NCBI GenBank assembly: GCA_963803515.1
Contig: CAWDMQ010000002.1
Span: 78,163 to 142,162, forward strand
DNA length: 64,000 bases
Origin: an uncultured Acidobacteriota bacterium
GTDB lineage: Bacteria > Acidobacteriota > Terriglobia > Acidiferrales > UBA7541
Direction of reading: 5' to 3'
A model generated the notes under the pieces. It made no database searches. It worked only from the letters and a program-made list of their open reading frames with translations, and was not told where the DNA came from. Below, one piece after another: positions 28,672 through 38,020 of this stretch. How positions within the stretch are numbered: the first letter of the stretch is position 1; each line of letters begins with the position of its first letter. A program made the translations under genes and the position numbers.

Positions 28672-28674
28672 GCG

Positions 28675-30057
28675 ATGGCCGGGGTGAAAGATCTGGCTGA
28701 CAATCCTGCGCAGTCCATCGCCACGCTGCCGGGCGGATTTCGCGGCCCTGACAAGCCGGAGTATGAAGATTACGCGCGCTGCATACATTGCGGGCTCTGC
28801 CTGAACCATTGCCCCACGTACCGGCTATGGGGGCTGGAGGCGGATTCGCCGCGCGGCCGTATCCGGCAGATGCTGCTGGTGGATGAGGGACGCCTGCCCT
28901 TGGGCGACACTTTCGTGCAGCACATCGACCGGTGTCTCGATTGCCGGGCGTGCGAGACCGCGTGTCCGTCGGGAGTGGAGTACGGGAAACTGGTGGAGGC
29001 GGCACGCGCGCAGATCGAGCAGAATTACCGCCGGCCGTTTCTTTCGCGCATTGCGCGCAGCCTGGTGTTTCGGCACTTGCTCCCTTACCCACGGCGCATC
29101 GCGATGCTGGCGCGGCTGGTGCGGTTCTACCAGCGGTCTGGGTTGCAAACGATCGTGCGGCGCTCGGGCTTGCTGCGCTGGCTTGGTGTTGCCGAACGCG
29201 AACGCCTGATGCCGCGGATCGATGACCGGTTCTTTTTTTCGCAGCTCGGGCGCACGTTTCCGGCGCAGGGTCCGCGACGTGCACGCGTCGCGCTGTTTGC
29301 CGGGTGCATCGCGCAGGTGAGCTTCACGGCGCTGCAGGAAGCCACAATTCGCGTGCTCACCGCCAATGGATGCGAGGTGGTGATTCCCAGCGGACAGCTT
29401 TGCTGCGGCGCACTGCCCGCACATGCGGGCGTGCGTGATGTGGCGCGGCAGCTTGCGCGCGTCAATATTGCGGCGTTCCTTCGAGAAGATTTCGATGCCA
29501 TCCTGACCAATGCGGCGGGATGCGGCTCGACGCTCAAGGAATACGAGCAGCTTTTGGGACCGGGCGATCCGGCGCATGAAGCGGCGGTTGCGTTTGGCGC
29601 GAAAATGCGCGACCTGACGGAATTTTTGGGCGAGCTGGGGCTGAACGCACCGCTCGGCGAGCTGCGGATGCGCGTGACCTATCAGGACTCCTGCCACCTG
29701 CTGCACGGGCAAAAAATTCGCGAAGCGCCGCGGCGGCTGATCCGCGCGATTCCCGGAGTTGAGTTGGTGGAGATGCGGCTTGCCGACAATTGCTGCGGCT
29801 CGGCGGGCGTCTACAATGTGACGGAGACGCGCACGTCACTCGAACTGCTGGAGGAAAAAATGGCGTGCGCGCGGGAGACGGGGGCCACAACGATCGTGAC
29901 CGCGAATCCCGGCTGCCTGTTGCAAATGCGCGCTGGGGCAGCGATACACGGGACGAGTCAGGAAGTGTTACATGTGGCGGAATTGCTCGACCGCGCTTTG
30001 TCGGCGGCTTCGCCGCGAGATGTTTCGCGTGATGTCTCGCGTGATGGTGCCGCCTAG
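28675..30057 (+). CDS. glcF: glycolate oxidase iron-sulfur subunit GlcF
   Basis: Two ferredoxin-type cluster motifs (CIHCGLCLNHCP, CLDCRACETACP) followed by two CCG domains (CCG at ...QLCCGALP and ...NCCGSAG). Confidence 0.85.
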   Translation: MAGVKDLADNPAQSIATLPGGFRGPDKPEYEDYARCIHCGLCLNHCPTYRLWGLEADSPRGRIRQMLLVDEGRLPLGDTFVQHIDRCLDCRACETACPSGVEYGKLVEAARAQIEQNYRRPFLSRIARSLVFRHLLPYPRRIAMLARLVRFYQRSGLQTIVRRSGLLRWLGVAERERLMPRIDDRFFFSQLGRTFPAQGPRRARVALFAGCIAQVSFTALQEATIRVLTANGCEVVIPSGQLCCGALPAHAGVRDVARQLARVNIAAFLREDFDAILTNAAGCGSTLKEYEQLLGPGDPAHEAAVAFGAKMRDLTEFLGELGLNAPLGELRMRVTYQDSCHLLHGQKIREAPRRLIRAIPGVELVEMRLADNCCGSAGVYNVTETRTSLELLEEKMACARETGATTIVTANPGCLLQMRAGAAIHGTSQEVLHVAELLDRALSAASPRDVSRDVSRDGAA

Positions 30058-30100
30058 GCGGGCGGCTCCTGCGTTTAGGTTGCGGACTTAAGTGGTGAGC

Positions 30101-30898
30101 TTAGGTGGTGGGCTTGTGTTGCGGCTTGTACAGATGCGCGATGGCCCGTGTCACCCATGAGCGTGGAACCGCGCGCTGCGCTTCCATGCCGAACAGGTTT
30201 TTAAACCCGGAGATGACCATCGGCTTACCGGCGGCGAGAGCCTCGAGTCCCACGCGCGATACTTTTTCGGCGGACTCCTTGGGTCCGCCCATGCTCATGG
30301 TCTGGCCCGCGACCTGTTGAAATTCAGTGGAAGTGCCCCCCGGACACAAAGCGCACACGTGAACACCATGCGGGCGCATCTCTTCGGCCAGCCCCTCCGC
30401 GAGAAGCAAATCGAAGGCTTTGGTAGCGGCATAAGCGCTCAGGTAGGGCACAGATTGAAAAGCGGCGGTGGAGGCCACGATCATCAGATAGCCGGAATGG
30501 CGCTCGACCATGGGCGGAAGAAACAGGCGCGCGAGATGCATGACGGCGACCACGTTCACGCGCGTCATGTCCAGGAGGCGCCGTTCGTCAGCACGGAGAA
30601 ATTCGCCGTTGATCCCAAAGCCGGCGTTGTCGATCAGAATGTCGACGGGCAGGTTTTTCTGTTGCGTGAAACGAAAGATTTCCTCGGGTGCCTGCGGGTC
30701 GGTGAGATCGGCAACAAAAATTTCAGCCTGCACGTGGAATTGGCCCCGAAGTTCGGCGGCCAATTCCGTCAGGCGGTCCGCGCGGCGCGCCGTCAAGACG
30801 AGATTGGCTCCGCCTTGTGCAAGCTGTTTAGCTAGTTCACGGCCAATGCCGGCGCTTGCGCCGGTGACGAGAGCCCATTTTCCACACCAGATGGACAT
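30101..30898 (-). CDS. SDR-family oxidoreductase
   Basis: ALVTGASAGIGRELA cofactor motif and YAATKAF catalytic YxxxK. Start at ATG 30898 (MSIWCGKW); the 406-aa ORF extension is not protein-like. Confidence 0.85.
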   Translation of the reverse strand: MSIWCGKWALVTGASAGIGRELAKQLAQGGANLVLTARRADRLTELAAELRGQFHVQAEIFVADLTDPQAPEEIFRFTQQKNLPVDILIDNAGFGINGEFLRADERRLLDMTRVNVVAVMHLARLFLPPMVERHSGYLMIVASTAAFQSVPYLSAYAATKAFDLLLAEGLAEEMRPHGVHVCALCPGGTSTEFQQVAGQTMSMGGPKESAEKVSRVGLEALAAGKPMVISGFKNLFGMEAQRAVPRSWVTRAIAHLYKPQHKPTT

Positions 30899-31013
30899 GC
30901 GCTCCCCACAGTGAGAAAGGGCACCGGCTGGCCGGTATTGGCACGGGCGATGCCGATGAATATGACGGAGTGTATTATACCGATTGTGGGGTAGAGGAAG
31001 GCAGCGGTGCAGC

Positions 31014-32744
31014 ATGGAACCGGAACTGTTTCCATTATTTCTGAAAATTGCCGCGCGTAAGTGCCTGGTGGTGGGCGGGGGCAAAATCGCGGAAGCGAAG
31101 ATCGCCAGCCTGGTGCGATGCGGAGCGAAGGTGCGGGTGGTGGCTCCCAGCGCGACCGAGGGTATTCGCAGAGCGGCAGAGGCGGGCGCGATCACGTGGG
31201 AGAGGCGCACGTTTGCGCCGAGCGACCTTGCGGATGTTTTCATGGTGATTGCGGCGACATCGTCTCCGGAACTGCACGAGCAAATTTTCCGACAGGCGCA
31301 GCGGGATGGGATTTTGTGCAATGCGGTCGATGAACCCGAACGCTGCGATTTTTACTATCCGGCGGTGGTGCGGCGCGGAGCCTTACAGATTGCGATTTCG
31401 ACGGGCGGGCGCGCTCCTGCGCTTGCCCAGCGGTTACGGCAGGATTTGGAAGCGCAGTTCGGGGCGGCGTATGGGACGTGGGTTGAAGAACTGGGGCGCG
31501 CGCGCGGCGAATTGATGAATCAGGAGATGGTTCCTGAGGAACGACAGGAATTGCTGCGGGGGATGGTGAGCCACCGAGCGTTCGAGGTGTTCAAGCAGTC
31601 GCTGGGCAAAACGGATGCAGGGGCGGCTTTGCAAGCGAATGGCGGGGATACCGAGAACGATTCGAAGAACGATTCGCAACACGATTCTCAACTCCATGCG
31701 AAGAATGACATGGAGAGTAAGGACCACCGCGGCAAAGTTTATTTCCTCGGTGCCGGGCCGGGCGATCCGGAATTGCTGACGCGCAGGGCCTGGAAAATTC
31801 TGCGAAGCGCCGACGTGGTGTTGCACGATGCACTGGTGGCGCCCGAGGTTATAAAGCTGGCGCGGGAAGGTGCGACGGTGTGCGACGTGGGTAAGCGCTG
31901 CGGGCAGAAATCGATCACCCAGGAGGAGATACACGCGTTGATGATTGCGCATGCTTCGGAGGGGCGCACGGTAGTGCGCTTGCAGGGCGGCGATCCTCTG
32001 ATTTTTGGCCGGGCCGGTGAGGAGATGAGCGCGTTGCAGGCGGCTGGAATTAATTTCGAGATTGTGCCGGGAGTCACCGCCGCTTCGGCGGCGGCGGCGG
32101 CCGTGCGCATCCCGCTGACGGACCGGAGGCTCGCATCGACGTTGATTTTTGCCAGTGCGCACCGGCGGGCAGGGAATGCGCCAGAGAATTCCATGGACAC
32201 ACAAAATGCAGATGAGAGGGGGAGTGGCGGAGCGGCCGGAGCGGCGATGGAAGATGCCGGGGTGGGAGAGGCGGCAACCGAGGATGCTTCGGGGAATGCG
32301 GCTGGAGATACCGCGGAGAATGGGACGGGCAATGCGGCGACAATGAAGAGCGGGGCACGGCAGCGACCAAATGCGGGGCTGCCGGGTGCGTCGGTACTGG
32401 TTGCGTCGCCGAATGTTGGCGGCGCCGGTACCACGCTGGCGATCTACATGCCGGGTTTGAACTATGGCAGGATCGCGCGCGATCTGCTGGAGGCAGGCTG
32501 GGCTGCGGATACGAATTGCGTGGTTGTCTCGCAGGCTTCGACGGCGCAACAACGGGTTTGCCGCGCGCAAATCGGGTCGTTGTCTCAGGCGGAACGGTTA
32601 CCTGCGCCGGCAATACTTATCGTTGGCGACGTGGCGGGAACGGCGTTGGGGAGCGGTTCGGATCAAGCTGCACATGAAGAGAACGGCAGGCAGCCGGATG
32701 AAGGGGCAACAATCGTAACGAACGTGGCTTCTTCTATGAGGTAA
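31014..32744 (+). CDS. cysG: siroheme synthase (precorrin-2 dehydrogenase/ferrochelatase domain fused to uroporphyrinogen-III C-methyltransferase) with low-complexity insertions
   Basis: N-terminal LVVGGGKIAEAKI Rossmann motif. C-terminal SUMT motifs VYFLGAGPGDPELLT and VVRLQGGDPLIFGRAGEE. A linker with three 12-nt tandem repeats (31653-31688) and an insertion of about 60-80 aa rich in A/G/D/E/N (about 32170-32430). Confidence 0.85.
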   Translation: MEPELFPLFLKIAARKCLVVGGGKIAEAKIASLVRCGAKVRVVAPSATEGIRRAAEAGAITWERRTFAPSDLADVFMVIAATSSPELHEQIFRQAQRDGILCNAVDEPERCDFYYPAVVRRGALQIAISTGGRAPALAQRLRQDLEAQFGAAYGTWVEELGRARGELMNQEMVPEERQELLRGMVSHRAFEVFKQSLGKTDAGAALQANGGDTENDSKNDSQHDSQLHAKNDMESKDHRGKVYFLGAGPGDPELLTRRAWKILRSADVVLHDALVAPEVIKLAREGATVCDVGKRCGQKSITQEEIHALMIAHASEGRTVVRLQGGDPLIFGRAGEEMSALQAAGINFEIVPGVTAASAAAAAVRIPLTDRRLASTLIFASAHRRAGNAPENSMDTQNADERGSGGAAGAAMEDAGVGEAATEDASGNAAGDTAENGTGNAATMKSGARQRPNAGLPGASVLVASPNVGGAGTTLAIYMPGLNYGRIARDLLEAGWAADTNCVVVSQASTAQQRVCRAQIGSLSQAERLPAPAILIVGDVAGTALGSGSDQAAHEENGRQPDEGATIVTNVASSMR

Positions 32745-32879
32745 GAACCGGTTGAGCAATGACCTAACGCTGACGCAAAGGCGCGTGGCAATGGCCGGTT
32801 GAGGGGCAGGGCTGGTTGAGGTAAGTGCCGGATGTAGGAAGGTAACCGGCTGGAATCTCTCGCCTTGTGCGGAAATACG

Positions 32880-32907
32880 TTGCATTTGAATGGCTTTCAA
32901 GTATGCT
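32880..32907 (+). promoter_or_regulatory. candidate sigma70-type promoter of the sbp-cysTWA leader
   Basis: TTGCAT (32880-32885), 16-nt spacer, TATGCT (32902-32907). Confidence 0.45.
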
Positions 32908-32926
32908 TGAGCCCGTGAAACTGCAT

Positions 32927-32998
32927 ATGTCGCAAGCCTGCGCGTGTTGTACCCCCTGTTGCCGTTGTGTGTCTTCTGGCGCGAAGGGGCTGACCTAG
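32927..32998 (+). CDS. Cys-rich leader ORF (23 aa) upstream of sbp
   Basis: ATG 32927 to TAG 32998 gives MSQACACCTPCCRCVSSGAKGLT, with 6 Cys codons among codons 5-14. It is homologous to the small ORF upstream of sat. Confidence 0.6.
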   Translation: MSQACACCTPCCRCVSSGAKGLT

Positions 32999-33025
32999 AA
33001 AATTTATCCAAATCAGCGCTCCTTG

Positions 33026-33070
33026 AACCCACCGCCAGAGACGATCTGGGAGGTGGGTTTTTTGTTGTTG
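33026..33070 (+). terminator. intrinsic terminator (attenuator) in the sbp leader
   Basis: AACCCACCGCCAGA-GACGA-TCTGGGAGGTGGGTT followed by TTTTTTGTTGTT, 70 nt upstream of the sbp start. Confidence 0.75.
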
Positions 33071-33140
33071 GGGCATTTTCATGGGACAGGAACGCCGATG
33101 AAGCAGGAACGGCCAAGCACGAACAGGAGAGCGAGAACCC

Positions 33141-34160
33141 GTGAGCGTTAAAAAAATTGTTTTTGCAGCGACTGGAGTCGCGGCGCTAATTTCCCTGTTC
33201 GTTTTTGCCAAGCCATCGGGCAGCAATGCCACACTCCTCAACGTCTCCTACGATCCAACGCGAGAGTTTTACAAGGATTTCAATACGGCGTTCGCCGTGG
33301 CGTGGAAAGCGAAAACCGGCCAGGCAGTGACCGTAAACCAGTCACATGGTGGTTCGGGTACTCAGGCGCGCGCGGTGATCGACGGTTTGCAGGCGGATAT
33401 TGTGACGCTGGCGCTGGCCTACGACATTGACTCGATTGCCGAGCGCGCGAAATTGCTGCCTGCCGACTGGCAGGCGCGCCTGCCGGATCACAGCACACCG
33501 TATACCTCCACCGTGGTGTTTTTGGTGCGCAAGGGCAATGCCAAGCAAATCAAGGATTGGGACGATCTGGTGAGGCCCGGCGTGAGCGTGATTACCGCGA
33601 ATCCCAAAACGTCAGGCGGAGCGCGCTGGAACTACATGGCTGCGTGGGGTTACGCGTTGCAGAAAAATGGCGGGACGGAAGCGACGGCGAAGGGTTTCAT
33701 CGCCACGCTTTACAAAAATGTGCCGGTGCTCGACAGCGGATCGCGGGGCGCGACCGATACGTTTGTACAGCGGGGAATCGGTGATGTTTTGATTGCCTGG
33801 GAAAATGAAGCCAAGCTGGCCATCAAGGAATCGGGCGGAGATAAGTTTCAAATTGTGGTGCCTTCCATCAGCATTCTGGCGGAGCCTCCCGTCAGCATTG
33901 TCGATAAAAATGTGGACCGGCACGGCACGCGCGCGATGGCCCAGGCGTATCTCGAGTATCTGTACACGCCGGAAGGACAGGAAATCGCGGCGCGTAATTT
34001 CTATCGTCCGCGCCTGAAGGCCGTGGCCGACAAGTATGCCGCGCAATTTCCGCAGCTGAAATTGTTCAGCATCGATCAGTTTGGCGGGTGGCAGAAAGTA
34101 CAGAAAATGCATTTTTCGGATGGCGGGGTTTTCGATCAGATTTATCAGCCGGCGCGTTAG
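33141..34160 (+). CDS. sbp: sulfate/thiosulfate ABC transporter substrate-binding protein
   Basis: Signal peptide followed by Sbp/CysP family sequence ([35 protein letters not shown]). AGGAGA 11 nt before the GTG start. Confidence 0.9.
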   Translation: MSVKKIVFAATGVAALISLFVFAKPSGSNATLLNVSYDPTREFYKDFNTAFAVAWKAKTGQAVTVNQSHGGSGTQARAVIDGLQADIVTLALAYDIDSIAERAKLLPADWQARLPDHSTPYTSTVVFLVRKGNAKQIKDWDDLVRPGVSVITANPKTSGGARWNYMAAWGYALQKNGGTEATAKGFIATLYKNVPVLDSGSRGATDTFVQRGIGDVLIAWENEAKLAIKESGGDKFQIVVPSISILAEPPVSIVDKNVDRHGTRAMAQAYLEYLYTPEGQEIAARNFYRPRLKAVADKYAAQFPQLKLFSIDQFGGWQKVQKMHFSDGGVFDQIYQPAR

Positions 34161-34268
34161 CGCGGAAAATCGCACGCGTGATGGCCTTAAGGGTTCTTGG
34201 TTCGATGGGCGAGTGAATGCCCAATGAATGCTGAATGAGTGAAGGTCAGCCGATGAAGGTGGAAGGTA

Positions 34269-35147
34269 ATGGGGCTGCGGCTAAAAAAACAAAGCGTGCT
34301 GCCGGGGTTTGGCCTGGCGATGGGCTGGACGGTGTTCTACCTGTGCCTGATCGTTCTGATTCCACTGAGCACGATTTTCATGAAATCCGCTTCCATGGGG
34401 TGGACCGCTTTCTGGCAAGTCATCAGCAGTCCCCGAGCGCTGGCGAGTTACCGGCTGAGTGTGGGAGCTTCGCTGATCGCGGCCGCCATCAATGGTTTTT
34501 TCGGGATGCTCGTGGCGTGGGTGTTGGTGCGCTACCGGTTTCCCGGACGGCGACTGCTCGACGGATTGGTGGATCTTCCCTTCGCGCTGCCCACGGCGGT
34601 GGCCGGCATCGTGCTGACCACGATTTATTCGCAAAACGGGTGGGTGGGGGGCCAGCTAGCGAAAATTGGGATCAAGGTGGCCTACACACCGCTGGGCGTA
34701 ATCGTGGCGCTGACATTCATCGGCCTGCCGTTTGTGGTACGAACCATTCAGCCGGTATTGGAGGTGCTGGACGTGGGCGTCGAAGAGGCCGCGGCCAGCC
34801 TGGGCGCGGGGTTATGGCAGACATTCCGGCGCGTGATTCTTCCCGAACTATTTCCCGCATGGATCACCGGGGTCACGCTGGCGTTCGCCAGGTCGCTCGG
34901 CGAGTACGGGTCGGTGGTTTTTATTGCGGGAAATATGCCGATGAAAACCGAGATCACGCCGCTGCTGATTATGATCAAGCTCGATCAATTCGACTATGCG
35001 GGAGCGAGCGCGATTGCGCTGTCGTTTCTGGTGGTTTCGTTTTCGCTGCTGCTTTTGGTGAACGTAATGCAACGGCGGCAAGGTATGGCGACAGCGCTGC
35101 GGTGGTGCCGGTGTTCAGGCCTGCTGAGGAGAATTTGCACGCGATGA
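34269..35147 (+). CDS. cysT: sulfate ABC transporter permease CysT
   Basis: Six-TM MetI-type permease with the EAA loop ([21 protein letters not shown]). Second gene of the sbp operon. Confidence 0.9.
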   Translation: MGLRLKKQSVLPGFGLAMGWTVFYLCLIVLIPLSTIFMKSASMGWTAFWQVISSPRALASYRLSVGASLIAAAINGFFGMLVAWVLVRYRFPGRRLLDGLVDLPFALPTAVAGIVLTTIYSQNGWVGGQLAKIGIKVAYTPLGVIVALTFIGLPFVVRTIQPVLEVLDVGVEEAAASLGAGLWQTFRRVILPELFPAWITGVTLAFARSLGEYGSVVFIAGNMPMKTEITPLLIMIKLDQFDYAGASAIALSFLVVSFSLLLLVNVMQRRQGMATALRWCRCSGLLRRICTR

Positions 35148-35154
35148 GAGCACG

Positions 35155-36069
35155 ATGACCGGAGTGATTTCCGCGGAACTACCAGCGCGCGCGAAGGCGC
35201 CGGTGGGGGCGCGCATGCATCCCCGGTGGGTGCGCTGGCCGCTGATCGCGGTGTGCTTCGCATTCCTGGGGCTGTTTCTACTGCTGCCGCTCGCCGCGGT
35301 TTTCGCCAATGCGCTGTCGAAGGGCGCGGGGGTTTACTTTCGAGCGCTGTCCGATCCCGAAGCGCTGTCAGCCATACGGCTGACGCTGCTGACCGCGGGG
35401 ATTGCGGTTCCGCTCAACTTGATCTTTGGATTGGCCGCTTCCTGGTCCATCGCGCGTTTTGATTTTGTGGGCAAGCGCGTGCTGATTACGCTGATCGACG
35501 TACCGTTCAGTGTTTCGCCGGTGATTTCGGGCATGGTGTTCGTGCTGCTGTTTGGCGCGCAGGGAGTGTTTGGGCGTTGGCTGATTGACCGCGATATCCA
35601 CATCGTTTTTGCTGTTCCCGGACTGATCCTGGCGACCACGTTCGTTACGTTTCCGTATATCGCCAGAGAACTGATACCCACCATGCAGACGCTGGGAAGC
35701 GAGGAAGAGGAAGCGGCGCTCACGCTCGGAGCGAGCGGCTGGAGCACGTTTTTTCGTATCACGCTTCCGAACGTCAAGTGGAGCCTGCTATACGGCGTCA
35801 TTTTGTGCAACGCGCGGGCGATGGGCGAATTTGGCGCGGTTTCGGTCGTGTCGGGCCACATTCGCGGCCTGACGGATACCATGCCGCTGTACATCGAAAT
35901 TCTCTACAACGACTACCAATTTTCCGCGGCTTTTGCGGTTGCTTCGCTGCTGGCGATTCTGGCGCTGGTGACACTCATCGCCAAGTCCATCGTGGAGTGG
36001 AAGTCCGAAGTGGAAGTTCCAGAAATACAAAAGCTGCCGGCCGAGTATGCCCCGGGGGATGCGTCATGA
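35155..36069 (+). CDS. cysW: sulfate ABC transporter permease CysW
   Basis: MetI-type permease with [21 protein letters not shown]. Its stop overlaps the cysA start (ATGA). Confidence 0.9.
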   Translation: MTGVISAELPARAKAPVGARMHPRWVRWPLIAVCFAFLGLFLLLPLAAVFANALSKGAGVYFRALSDPEALSAIRLTLLTAGIAVPLNLIFGLAASWSIARFDFVGKRVLITLIDVPFSVSPVISGMVFVLLFGAQGVFGRWLIDRDIHIVFAVPGLILATTFVTFPYIARELIPTMQTLGSEEEEAALTLGASGWSTFFRITLPNVKWSLLYGVILCNARAMGEFGAVSVVSGHIRGLTDTMPLYIEILYNDYQFSAAFAVASLLAILALVTLIAKSIVEWKSEVEVPEIQKLPAEYAPGDAS

Positions 36070-37103
36070 GCATCGAAATTCGCAACGTATCGAAACGATT
36101 TGGACAATTTGAAGCGCTGAAGGACGTCGATCTGCTGATTCCGGATGGCGAGCTGGTGGCCTTGCTGGGACCGTCGGGATCGGGAAAGACGACCTTGCTG
36201 CGCATCATTGCGGGCCTTGATTTTCCGGATCGCGGTGAGGTGGTGTTCGATGGACAGGAAAGCACCAATCGGAAAGCGCGGGAACGCGGCGTGGGGTTTG
36301 TGTTTCAGCATTATTCGTTGTTCCGGCACATGACGGTTTTCGATAACATCGCGTTTGGGTTGAGTGTGAAGCCGAGGAGTACGCGGCCATCCAAAGAGCA
36401 GATCAGCTCGAAGGTTCACGAGTTGCTGCGGCTGGTGCAGCTCGATTCGCTGGCCAACCGTTATCCTTCGCAGCTTTCGGGCGGCCAGCGGCAACGCGTG
36501 GCGCTCGCTCGGGCACTGGCGGTCGAGCCCAAGGTGCTGCTGCTGGATGAGCCCTTTGGGGCGCTGGACGCCAAAGTACGCAAGGAACTGCGTTCCTGGC
36601 TGCGCCGGCTGCACGATGATATTCATGTGACCAGCGTTTTTGTGACCCACGACCAGGAAGAGGCGCTGGAAGTGGCGGACCGGATTGTGGTGATGAACCA
36701 GGGGCGGGTGGTGCAGCAGGGCGCTCCGGAAACGGTTTACCATGAGCCGGCGAATGCGTTCGTCTACAATTTTCTTGGCAGCCTGAATTTGTTTCATGCG
36801 CGGGTGGAAAATGGGGACACGTTTATCGGCGATCCCGCGGCCAGTTCGGCTTCGGCTGGAAAAACGCCCATGGTTTACGTGCGGCCTCACCTGATGCACA
36901 TCGAGCGGTATCCCTTCAGTCAGAATCATTTTCCTGGGAGGATCGTGCACATCAATCCGGCGGGGCCTATCGTGAAACTGGAACTCGAGACCGAGCGCGG
37001 CCACACGATTCAGGTGGAGCTGTCTCACGACCGTTTTCAGGAGCTGCGGTTGTTGAAAGACGATACGGTGTTCGTCAGCCCGCTGGAAATGAGAGTCTTC
37101 TAA
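36066..37103 (+). CDS. cysA: sulfate ABC transporter ATP-binding protein CysA
   Basis: Walker [10 protein letters not shown], signature LSGGQRQR, Walker B LLLDEP and a C-terminal TOBE-like regulatory domain. Start at ATG 36066 (MSIEIRNV); the ORF opens at 35778 inside cysW. Confidence 0.9.
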   Translation: MSIEIRNVSKRFGQFEALKDVDLLIPDGELVALLGPSGSGKTTLLRIIAGLDFPDRGEVVFDGQESTNRKARERGVGFVFQHYSLFRHMTVFDNIAFGLSVKPRSTRPSKEQISSKVHELLRLVQLDSLANRYPSQLSGGQRQRVALARALAVEPKVLLLDEPFGALDAKVRKELRSWLRRLHDDIHVTSVFVTHDQEEALEVADRIVVMNQGRVVQQGAPETVYHEPANAFVYNFLGSLNLFHARVENGDTFIGDPAASSASAGKTPMVYVRPHLMHIERYPFSQNHFPGRIVHINPAGPIVKLELETERGHTIQVELSHDRFQELRLLKDDTVFVSPLEMRVF

Positions 37104-37169
37104 GCGGCAGGGGTTCGTAGCAGAAGTTCGCGCAGCGATGGCTGCACAGCGATTGCTCGTGCAAAGCAA

Positions 37170-37210
37170 AATAAAAAGAGCCTGGCTCGATCGCCAGGCT
37201 CTTTTTATTT
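37170..37210. terminator. bidirectional intrinsic terminator shared by the convergent cysA and cysH genes
   Basis: AAAATAAAAA-GAGCCTGGC-TCGATC-GCCAGGCTC-TTTTTATTT. The A-run and T-run flanks allow termination in both directions. Confidence 0.8.
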
Positions 37211-37235
37211 GCCTGCGTTTTGAATGCGGGTGCGG

Positions 37236-37931
37236 CTATTCCTTGACGTGCAGGCCGCATTCGGTTTTGTTGAATCCAGACCAGCGCCCGGCGCGGGGAT
37301 CTTCGCCCGGCTGCACGGGACGCGTGCAGTAGGTGCAGCCGATGCTGGGATAATTCTGATCGTGCAGGGGATTATAGGGCACGCTGTTTTCGCGGATGTA
37401 ATCCCACACCTGGGCGGAAGTCCAGTCGGCCAGCGGATTGAGTTTTACCAAGCCGAATTTCGCGTCCCACTCGAGTTTTTTTGTGTTGGCACGGGTGGGA
37501 GCCTGATCGCGGCGAACTCCCGTAACCCAGGCCCGCAGCCCCGACAGGTGTTTCTTCAGCGGCTCGACTTTACGCACGTTGCAGCATTGATCGGGATGCG
37601 AGGCCCACAATGCGGGGCCGAACTTGTCAGCCTGCGCCTCGGGGGTGAACTCCGGGCGAGTGCGCTCGACTTCGAGGCCGTACTGCTTTTCTACGCCTTC
37701 GATCAGCGCGTAGGTTTCGGGGAAAAGGAAATCGGTGTCCAGTGTGAACACTCGAAACTTTTTGCCCAGGCGTGCTGCGAGGTCGATCAGCACGACGTCC
37801 TCGGCGCCAAAACTGGAGGCCACGCCCAGCGTCTGGTCAAATTGCGACAGTCCCCATTGCAAGGCCTGGCCCGGGTTCCAACTCTCTGCTTCCGCTTGCA
37901 ACTCGATCACCTGCTGTTCGCGCGCGTCCAT
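37236..37931 (-). CDS. cysH: assimilatory adenylylsulfate (APS)/PAPS reductase, Fe-S cluster type
   Basis: PAPS_reduct fold, C-terminal ECGLH, plus the CC...CxxC cluster ligand pattern (DQCCNVRKVEPL, SIGCTYCT) typical of APS-specific enzymes. No APS kinase gene is present in the locus. Confidence 0.85.
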   Translation of the reverse strand: MDAREQQVIELQAEAESWNPGQALQWGLSQFDQTLGVASSFGAEDVVLIDLAARLGKKFRVFTLDTDFLFPETYALIEGVEKQYGLEVERTRPEFTPEAQADKFGPALWASHPDQCCNVRKVEPLKKHLSGLRAWVTGVRRDQAPTRANTKKLEWDAKFGLVKLNPLADWTSAQVWDYIRENSVPYNPLHDQNYPSIGCTYCTRPVQPGEDPRAGRWSGFNKTECGLHVKE

Positions 37932-38020
37932 GCATTCCTCCCGGAGTTAAACTTTACGATTTTTTCTAAGTGCGAATAGGTTGCTGCACGAGTTCAACGG
38001 CCTCGACTGCGCTCGATATT

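Noticed and set aside
35913-37169. 418-aa ORF antisense to cysA. Similar long antisense ORFs occur at 37224-37979 and 37970-38863 opposite cysH/sat, 27898-28809, 28352-29284 and 28825-29712 opposite glcE/glcF, 31434-32570 opposite cysG, 20092-20865 and 20871-21575 opposite the M1 peptidase, 39861-40706, and 1412-2122.
   Set aside because: Their translations are Arg/His/Pro/Gln-rich and low in complexity, with no motifs, whereas the opposite strand carries unmistakable family motifs. Long stop-free antisense frames are expected in DNA of about 60% GC or more.
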